32,000 nucleotides of DNA from Candidatus Saccharimonadota bacterium (lineage in GTDB: Archaea > Micrarchaeota > Micrarchaeia > Micrarchaeales > Micrarchaeaceae): contig OY970071.1 of assembly GCA_963705375.1 (NCBI GenBank), positions 870,001 through 902,000 of the forward strand, in the 5' to 3' direction. The first letter of the stretch is position 1, and the number at the start of each line of letters is the position of its first letter. Under the pieces are notes generated by a model. The model did no database searches. It was given only the letters and a program-made list of their open reading frames with translations, and was not told where the DNA came from. The translations under genes and the position numbers were made by a program. Below, one piece after another: positions 9,243 through 15,674 of the stretch.

Positions 9243-10688
9243 ATGGCAAAAAAATATCATACGGCTGCAATGGCAATAGTGTTGCTTTCGCTTGTTGCGA
9301 TTGGCGTACTAATCACCACTCACGCAATCGGATTCATCATGCGCCTGGCGCTCGCAATCATAGTTATGGTGCTGGCCGGTGTAGGCATACAGCGCACGCT
9401 ATCTCTCAACGGCAGTTCGGGCCTTTACTTGCTCGCTGGGAAAAAAGGAATCAAGTTCATAGACCGCATGTCTAAACACAACAGAACTTTCTGGAACTCC
9501 ATGGCGCTGTGGGGTTTTGTGCTGGGCTTCGGCCTGCTGAGCTATCCCCTCATGCGCGGAAAGCTCAGCAAGAAGCTGTTTGCGTTTGGCATGGTCTCGC
9601 TTGCCGTAATGTATGTATTTGTGGCGCCGTATCTAGGGTATGCTCTGCAATTCATAAACGTATCGGTCATACAAAACAGCGTATCGGCTACAACGTCCAC
9701 ACACGTTGGCGCGCTCACGTATGTCCTCGTTGCAGTTACACTGCTTTTCGGCTTTTCAGGTTTCGCAATCATATCCATAGTCTACAACGCAGCGGTCATA
9801 CTTGGCGGCATAGGGTCCTATCTTATGGGCCTCATCTCGGGCTCCGCAAGCACATCGGCACTGAAAGCTCAAGTTCCAGGCGTGGTGCCCATAATACCAG
9901 GTCTGGACATACCGCTAGTAGCAGGTATAATCTCTTTGGTTGTTCTTCTCACAGTGCACGAGGTTTCACATGGGGTTCTGTCGCGCATGTTCGGCGTGAA
10001 GCTCAAGTCCATAGGCCTGCTCATGTTTGGCATATTGCCTATAGGCGCGTTTGTCGAACCGGATGACAAAGGTATCAAGAAGCTGAATTCTTCTAAGCGG
10101 ATAGGCATATTCTCTGCAGGCATCGCTGCAAATTTCATCACGATGCTTTTATTCTTCTTATTGATGCTTGCGATACTGCTATACATAGCGCCAAAGGCGT
10201 ACTCTTACGGCGTTGTAGTGTCTGGCACTACGAAAGGCTATCCTGCATACAATGTGTTGAGTGTCGGATCACAGGTGCTTGAGTGGAACGGACATAACGT
10301 TAGCAGCATAGGTGTGCTGGCGAGTGCAGCTTCTGAAGACAAACCCAACGAACCGGTCACGATAGTGACAGATGCAGGCTCCTACACATTCAATGCACTT
10401 CCGGATCCTGCCAACACATCAAGAGGCATAATAGGCGTGAACTTGAGCTATAAGCCCATAATAAAAGGCGCAACAGCTTCGGCCGTGTACTTCTTCTACA
10501 CGCTTTTTGCACTATCCATGCTGCTCAACTTCCTTGTCGCTGTGTTCAACCTGCTCCCTCTACCTGGCCTTGACGGCTGGGCCATATACAACGCAAGCAT
10601 CAAAAACAAGCGTATCATCAAATGCCTAGCTGCTGTGGTGGTCGCAGTGATAGTGATAAACGCACTGCCGTGGATCTTCTATGTATGA
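9243..10688 (+). CDS. M50 site-2 protease family intramembrane metalloprotease with PDZ-like insertion
   Basis: HEVSHG (HExxH) and NLLPLPGLDG motifs, many TM helices, and a soluble PDZ-like insert (GVVVSGTTKGYPAYNVLSVGSQVLEWNGHNV...). ATG 9243 is preferred over the track's TTG 9171 because an A/T-rich TATA-like element (atataaag, about 9207-9214) lies approx. 30 nt upstream. Confidence 0.75.
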   Translation: MAKKYHTAAMAIVLLSLVAIGVLITTHAIGFIMRLALAIIVMVLAGVGIQRTLSLNGSSGLYLLAGKKGIKFIDRMSKHNRTFWNSMALWGFVLGFGLLSYPLMRGKLSKKLFAFGMVSLAVMYVFVAPYLGYALQFINVSVIQNSVSATTSTHVGALTYVLVAVTLLFGFSGFAIISIVYNAAVILGGIGSYLMGLISGSASTSALKAQVPGVVPIIPGLDIPLVAGIISLVVLLTVHEVSHGVLSRMFGVKLKSIGLLMFGILPIGAFVEPDDKGIKKLNSSKRIGIFSAGIAANFITMLLFFLLMLAILLYIAPKAYSYGVVVSGTTKGYPAYNVLSVGSQVLEWNGHNVSSIGVLASAASEDKPNEPVTIVTDAGSYTFNALPDPANTSRGIIGVNLSYKPIIKGATASAVYFFYTLFALSMLLNFLVAVFNLLPLPGLDGWAIYNASIKNKRIIKCLAAVVVAVIVINALPWIFYV

Positions 10689-10723
10689 CCTGTTTGTCGT
10701 GCTTCGCTTGCTGTCAAACGCTA

Positions 10724-10739
10724 TTGTTATTTAATCTTT
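10724..10739 (+). promoter_or_regulatory. conserved A/T-rich promoter-like motif TTGTTATTTAATCTTT upstream of pilin gene 1
   Basis: The motif ends exactly 23 nt before ATG 10763. A 15/16-identical copy sits at the same distance from ATG 12685. Confidence 0.5.
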
Positions 10740-10762
10740 AATTCGGACAATCCTGTGATCAC

Positions 10763-12457
10763 ATGAAGGGACCCATTCACCGAGCCGTTCTTAAAAAGCC
10801 AAGGGAAGAACAAGCCCAGTCTGCAATCGAGTATATCACAACATATGGGTGGGCGATATTGGTGATAGCTACTGTGGTTGTTGTGTTATTGTATCTTGGT
10901 TTGTTCTCAAACAACCTGTCAAATAATTTGTGCGTCGGCACGGCAGGATATGTGTGCAGCAGTCCGTTATTGTTAAACAACGGTCTTCTATCTGTTGCGA
11001 TAGAACCGATAAGTAGCAGCGCTCTGTCGGTCACAGGACTTGGTTGCTCAAATTCTTCTGCGGCTCCATCCACATTCGTGCCACAAAACATACCGTTTGA
11101 GCCTCTTCAGCCAACGAGCCTTTCGTTCCATTGCAATTTGCCCTCCAATTCTCTAGGGGCCACTTTCTCTGGCACGCTTTGGGTTGAGTACCGCAGCGGC
11201 ACTGCTACTGGCGTATCGCAGGTGAGTACAATAGACACGAAAGTGGAGACGGGCGCGTCGACGTCAGGGTATTCCTTATCCGTAACACCAGGAGAATCCG
11301 GCACTGGCACAGTATCTTGCAGCCTCTCGTGCTCAGGAAGCTATTCCGCTGGTACGCAGATAACCCTGACAGCAACTCCAAGTGTAGGATACGCTTTTTC
11401 GGGCTGGACAGGTACATATTCGAACAGCATAAATCCATGGACCTTCAACATGCCATCAAATACTGTCGACGAGCACGCGAACTTCATACCGACTCCAGAA
11501 ACTATCTTGTTGGCCCAAACGACAGGAATTCCAAGGAGCCTAGCAGTTGACGGCAACGGCAACGTCCAATGGGTCGACGAAAGCATTACCGGCGGCAGCA
11601 TAACCGAGATGCCCAACGGCATTACTGGTATTTCAAATGCCATAACGATATATCCTGGAGGAAGCGGTTGTTCAGAGGGCATAGCAATTGGCACCAACGG
11701 AAACATATACTGGACAGATGTCTGTTCAGGCAATGTAATGGAGATGCCCAGTGGTAAGGCTGGCATCGACAATGCCATAACCCTTTACTCTGGCGGCACT
11801 ACTCTTGAGTTCATAGCGGTCCATAACGGTAATGTTTATTGGACTACATATGGCTATTCTGAAACACCTGGCACTGTGATGGAGATGCCTCAAGGCCGGA
11901 CAGGCAACGACAATACCATAACGCTTTACTCTGGCGCATCCGGTGTTTATCGCATAGCCGTCGACACCATCGGCAACGTCTATTGGACAAACAACCTTAA
12001 CGGCACTGTGACCGAAATGCCTCATGGCAAGACCGGTTCTGCAAACGCAATAACTCTTTATTCCGAAGGAAGCAATCCTTACGGCATAGCCGTCGACACC
12101 ATCGGCAACGTCTACTGGACCGATGCGACTGCAAACCTTGGCAGCGTTATGGAGATGCCTCACGGCATGGCCGGCAACAACAATGCAATCACACTCAGTT
12201 CTGACGAGCCTATTACAAATGGTGCCCCATCAAGCAATCCTGCAGGCATAGCCGTCGACACCATCGGCAACGTCTATTGGACCGATTACGGCACAGGCAA
12301 CCTGATGGAGATGCCTCACGGTCTGGTCGGAGATTCTAATGTCATAACTCTTTATTCTGGTGTAGGTTCTGAAAATCCTGACGGGATAGCGGTACACGGC
12401 AGCAACGTCTATTGGGCAGGTATCACCGGCGCAGCTATAAGGGAATATGCTCCGTGA
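10763..12457 (+). CDS. type IV pilin-like protein (class III signal peptide) fused to one B-repeat-like domain and a YWTD/NHL-like beta-propeller
   Basis: The N-terminus is MKGPIHRAVLKKPREEQA|QSAIEYITTYGWAILVIATVVVVLLYLGLF, a basic leader plus hydrophobic helix. It is followed by the 4-Cys module shared with the next two genes. A GYAFSGWTG...NPWTFNMPSNTVDEHANF domain comes next. Then come 6-7 repeats of approx. 44 aa of the form GIAVDxxGNVYWTD...G(S/T)VMEMPxGxxGxxNAITLYSG. Confidence 0.75.
   Translation: MKGPIHRAVLKKPREEQAQSAIEYITTYGWAILVIATVVVVLLYLGLFSNNLSNNLCVGTAGYVCSSPLLLNNGLLSVAIEPISSSALSVTGLGCSNSSAAPSTFVPQNIPFEPLQPTSLSFHCNLPSNSLGATFSGTLWVEYRSGTATGVSQVSTIDTKVETGASTSGYSLSVTPGESGTGTVSCSLSCSGSYSAGTQITLTATPSVGYAFSGWTGTYSNSINPWTFNMPSNTVDEHANFIPTPETILLAQTTGIPRSLAVDGNGNVQWVDESITGGSITEMPNGITGISNAITIYPGGSGCSEGIAIGTNGNIYWTDVCSGNVMEMPSGKAGIDNAITLYSGGTTLEFIAVHNGNVYWTTYGYSETPGTVMEMPQGRTGNDNTITLYSGASGVYRIAVDTIGNVYWTNNLNGTVTEMPHGKTGSANAITLYSEGSNPYGIAVDTIGNVYWTDATANLGSVMEMPHGMAGNNNAITLSSDEPITNGAPSSNPAGIAVDTIGNVYWTDYGTGNLMEMPHGLVGDSNVITLYSGVGSENPDGIAVHGSNVYWAGITGAAIREYAP
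11952..12282 (+). repeat. intragenic near-identical 37-nt repeats within beta-propeller blades
   Basis: gcatagccgtcgacaccatcggcaacgtctattggac occurs at 11952..11988 and identically at 12246..12282. A copy with one T>C change occurs at 12084..12120. All copies are in frame and encode IAVDTIGNVYWT. Confidence 0.9.
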
Positions 12458-12645
12458 TGTGTCTGTATTCAGATTGTGCCAGCTTAACATCATTCACGCT
12501 TGTGACTTCTAGTTGCATTGCACTTTCTTTTGACCGTTCAATATGCTCCAACACTCTATGTTGAATATATACGCGCACTTCAGTTGCTCCAATTTAGGAT
12601 AATTCTAGACAGGAAAACGGCATTTCAAGACGTTGCCGTGTCACC

Positions 12646-12661
12646 TTGTTATTTATTCTTT
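12646..12661 (+). promoter_or_regulatory. conserved A/T-rich promoter-like motif TTGTTATTTATTCTTT upstream of pilin gene 2
   Basis: The motif ends exactly 23 nt before ATG 12685 and is 15/16 identical to 10724..10739. Confidence 0.5.
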
Positions 12662-12684
12662 CCTTTCAATACTCTTCCGATCGT

Positions 12685-13200
12685 ATGAAGGGTCTTGGCC
12701 GCTTAAGAGATCTTTCTAAGAATCCGGGCTATCTGACGGCCCAGTCAGCGATGGAATACCTTGTGACATACGGATGGGTCATTGTGGTCCTCTCTATAGT
12801 CGTTATGGTGCTGTGGCTTTTAGGTGTGTTTAAAGTAGGTGGAAGCTCATCGGCTTCGTTCTGCACTCCTATTGCGCCTTACACCTGCAGCAACCCCGTG
12901 CTGTTCTCAAACGGCCTTCTTTCAGTTCGTGTCGAAGAACTCGGAAGTGCTATGACTGTGAGCGGCTTGGGCTGCTCAAGCAGCAGTGTTGCTCCTTCTG
13001 CCTTTTCACAGACAAACATACAACTTTTACCTGGCATCTCGTATAATCTAAACTTCTCTTGCAACATCTCATCAAATGCGATTGGCACAACGTTCTCTGG
13101 TTCTCTGTGGGTCCAGTATGGCGGCGGCTCACAAACTGGCTTATCGCAAATAAGCACTGTAAATGCAAAAGTGGTGGCATCGGCGACAGAATCTCCGTAA
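12685..13200 (+). CDS. minimal type IV pilin-like protein (class III signal peptide + 4-Cys module only)
   Basis: MKGLGRLRDLSKNPGYLTA|QSAMEYLVTYGWVIVVLSIVVMVLWLLGVF is followed by the conserved module CTPIAPYTCSNPVLFSNGLL...GLGCSS...FSCNISSNAIGTTFSGSLWVQY. ATG 12685 is preferred over TTG 12646, which lies inside a promoter-like motif. The MKG start parallels gene 10763. Confidence 0.7.
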   Translation: MKGLGRLRDLSKNPGYLTAQSAMEYLVTYGWVIVVLSIVVMVLWLLGVFKVGGSSSASFCTPIAPYTCSNPVLFSNGLLSVRVEELGSAMTVSGLGCSSSSVAPSAFSQTNIQLLPGISYNLNFSCNISSNAIGTTFSGSLWVQYGGGSQTGLSQISTVNAKVVASATESP

Positions 13201-13286
13201 GCGCAACCTTAAATTCTCCTTTTTATCCCTTTCTTTCAATATATTTGTGCTTTTATGAACATTTCTATGGTGCGTGCACAGTCGCA

Positions 13287-14885
13287 ATGGAATACTTGAT
13301 GACGTATGGATGGGCCATCCTCATCATCGCAGTCGTGCTCGCTTCTCTGTTTGCGTTGGGTGTGTTTAACAGCGGTGCGAGTGTCGCAAGTTCTGCATGC
13401 TCGACGCGCGTAGGCTATTTATGCAGCAATCCCATCCTGCGTTCCAACGGTCTGTTGTTAACAACAATGGGCTCTTCACAGCAGATAACAGTTACAGGTC
13501 TTGGCTGTACTAGCGGCTCTTCCGCGCCTTCAAGTTCAAGTTTCAACTCTGTGCATTTTGATCTCTCCGCTGGCGAGCAGAAGACTGTAAACTTCCCATG
13601 CCTGCTATCTTCAAATGCGATCGGTACTCCTTTCTCTGGAAACCTATGGCTGCGGTACACACAGGGCGGCCAATCAGACCTTGTTGTTCAGATGGCGTCT
13701 GTAAATTCAAAGGTCACCGCACTTGGCTTCGGAAGCAGTGGTGGCGGAAGCACTACTACAATCAGCGGAAGCACCACAACAACTGGCAGCACAACCACAA
13801 CTATTGGAGGTGGATCCCCAACTTGCTATCATCTTGCGCTTTCTTACGATTCTGGAGGGTTTTCGGCTGTTGCGAATCCAACCCAGTCATCTGGGTGCTC
13901 TACTGGCAACTATGTTTCCGGAGCATCAATCACGCTTACAGCCGACCCTATCACAGGGAATGCTCTGGCATACTGGAACGGCAACTTCCTTTCTTATACG
14001 GGCCTTTCAAGTATTTACAATCCATGGACGTTCAACATGCCCGCACACGACATACATGAAGAAGCCGAATTCGGCGACGCATCCACTTGCTATTATCTAG
14101 GGTCTATGTATGGCAATGCTGCAGGGTTAGTGATGTACCCTCCTAGTTCAGAAGGCTGTGGTACTTATGAATATCTGCCCGGAGATTCAGTAACGCTCAC
14201 AGCAATTCCGAATTCAGGGTATTCTTTTACGAGTTGGTCTAGTCCAGTTTCTGGAACTTCAAGCTCTTTGACATTCACCATGCCTGCATACACATTTGAA
14301 GAGGATCCTACATTCACCTATACTGACTGCCATCAGCTTACGCTTACAACAAACGGCCCACCATCATGCTATACGTTAGGCTCCTGCGAGATAGATGACA
14401 ACTCTGATAGTAGTATATTATGCCCTTCACCTACTCACGCACCCGGCGATACCATATATCTTTCAGCATTTCACAATCCTGGATCTGGAGATTATTTCGT
14501 AGGCTGGACTGGCCCATATCCCGGCAATGATACCTACTTACAATTCAGTATGCCTGACAACGCTGTCAACGAGGAAGCGCACTTTACCGACAATGCATGT
14601 CTCCCTCTGACACTCGGTGTCTATTTTAGTCAAGGACCTTACGATGGACTTACCGAGAACGGACCTGATTTTATATCTTTTTCACCTACTTCAAGTTCGG
14701 TCGGGTGTCCTGCCGGTTTCTTTTTGGCGGATACTTCAGTTACCGTCACTGCAAACGTCCCTACAGGATATTACTTATACACTTGGTCGAGCGTCCCTTC
14801 AAGTATTTCCATCGATTCTGGATATATGTTCACCATGCCCGAATCTCCAGTTATTGCCACTGCGTATGAATTTTATACAGGCTAA
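13287..14885 (+). CDS. type IV pilin-like protein with Thr/Ser-rich linker and four tandem B-repeat-like domains; N-terminal leader out of frame (possible pseudogene or assembly indel)
   Basis: From ATG 13287 it reads MEYLMTYGWAILIIAVVLASLF..., then the shared 4-Cys module, a GGGSTTTISGSTTTTGSTTTTIGGGS linker, and four approx. 85-95 aa domains ending in xMPxxxxxExAxF. The expected leader MNISMVRAQS is encoded from ATG 13255 in another frame. The track's 13059 start overlaps the previous gene and is rejected. Confidence 0.65.
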   Translation: MEYLMTYGWAILIIAVVLASLFALGVFNSGASVASSACSTRVGYLCSNPILRSNGLLLTTMGSSQQITVTGLGCTSGSSAPSSSSFNSVHFDLSAGEQKTVNFPCLLSSNAIGTPFSGNLWLRYTQGGQSDLVVQMASVNSKVTALGFGSSGGGSTTTISGSTTTTGSTTTTIGGGSPTCYHLALSYDSGGFSAVANPTQSSGCSTGNYVSGASITLTADPITGNALAYWNGNFLSYTGLSSIYNPWTFNMPAHDIHEEAEFGDASTCYYLGSMYGNAAGLVMYPPSSEGCGTYEYLPGDSVTLTAIPNSGYSFTSWSSPVSGTSSSLTFTMPAYTFEEDPTFTYTDCHQLTLTTNGPPSCYTLGSCEIDDNSDSSILCPSPTHAPGDTIYLSAFHNPGSGDYFVGWTGPYPGNDTYLQFSMPDNAVNEEAHFTDNACLPLTLGVYFSQGPYDGLTENGPDFISFSPTSSSVGCPAGFFLADTSVTVTANVPTGYYLYTWSSVPSSISIDSGYMFTMPESPVIATAYEFYTG

Positions 14886-14933
14886 ATTAAGTACTGTCTG
14901 CAAATGCGTTCGACAACGTACGCGGTACAGACT

Positions 14934-15674
14934 TCAAACAGTTCTCAACTTCCCAACGTTGCCAAAGTCGAGGGTCGATCCATAACCTATTGCTATCGCG
15001 TGCATGTCGTCTATTCTCGTGTGCTTGAATATTGGAGACAATAGCTCGCTTTCAGGAATCGAATTGACCTCTGTTCCAGAAGAGAAATAACCCATCGCAG
15101 GCACCACAAGCAAAGGCATCCTTTTGAATTTGCCGTAAAGGAAGCATCTAAGGCGCTCTCTCTTTCCAGAACTGCCTGTTATGCCTATCGCAGGATGTTC
15201 GTGTCCCATTATCAGCATGCGTGTGTCTGCACCGATTACCGGCTCTTTGTCGCCATGGAAGAATACGTATTTTTCAATCTCTATCTGGTCTTTGTAAACT
15301 TTCAATCCCATGCGTTCGCTGTACCTTTCAACAAAGTTGTCATGTTTGGTCTTGACCAGCGCTATCTCGACTTCATGATTCTTGCAGAAATCGGCCAGGT
15401 CATAGAGTTCGTTGAGTTCATCCGTTATCACGTCAGAGAACGTGTTCTTTATGTCTCCGGTTATCATCAGACTTTTGATTCTATTTTTCTTGTCTAGTGC
15501 ATTTTTCAGAGTATCAAGTATGTGCTTAAGGTTGACTTTAGGTATGAATGCTCCTTTATTTGCCATCGCGCCTTCATAACCCAGATGAAGGTCTGAAATG
15601 GCCAGCATGTTCAGGCTTCGTATGTAAACTATCGGCAAGCCTTCAATGAGCTCTACATCACTCGTGAGTTTCAT
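14934..15674 (-). CDS. calcineurin-like metallophosphoesterase, paralog 2, operonic with Lhr helicase
   Basis: Carries the motifs ISDLHLGYE, ITGDIKN, FHGDKEP and GHEHPA. The third motif reads KTKHD where paralog 1 has GNHD. Its start ATG (15674..15672) overlaps the Lhr stop TGA (15673..15671). Confidence 0.7.
   Translation of the reverse strand: MKLTSDVELIEGLPIVYIRSLNMLAISDLHLGYEGAMANKGAFIPKVNLKHILDTLKNALDKKNRIKSLMITGDIKNTFSDVITDELNELYDLADFCKNHEVEIALVKTKHDNFVERYSERMGLKVYKDQIEIEKYVFFHGDKEPVIGADTRMLIMGHEHPAIGITGSSGKRERLRCFLYGKFKRMPLLVVPAMGYFSSGTEVNSIPESELLSPIFKHTRIDDMHAIAIGYGSTLDFGNVGKLRTV

Noticed and set aside
11952-12282. The near-identical 37-nt repeats considered as a CRISPR-like array or as a DGR template/variable-repeat pair.
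   Set aside because: The repeats are in frame within one gene, spaced by blade-length coding units and encode the conserved blade core. The single difference is T>C, not adenine-specific. No reverse transcriptase or cas gene is in the window.
12457-12564. 35-codon Cys-rich ORF (MCLYSDCASLTSFTLVTSSCIALSFDRSICSNTLC) whose ATG overlaps the stop of the propeller-pilin gene (TGATG).
   Set aside because: There is no ribosome-binding signal, no recognisable peptide family and no means of testing conservation here. Chance ORFs of this size are common. It is worth a look only if ribosome profiling or homologs support it.
13059-13286. A 5' extension of the third pilin ORF back to ATG 13059 (MQHLIKCDWHNV...).
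   Set aside because: It overlaps the last 140 nt of the preceding pilin gene in another frame and runs through the intergenic promoter-like region. The homologous leader is encoded in a different frame from ATG 13255.
13728-13820. Low-complexity ACC/ACA/AGC-rich DNA considered as a microsatellite or mobile-element remnant.
   Set aside because: It is in frame and encodes a Gly/Ser/Thr linker between two folded modules of the pilin-like protein, so it is a coding low-complexity region.
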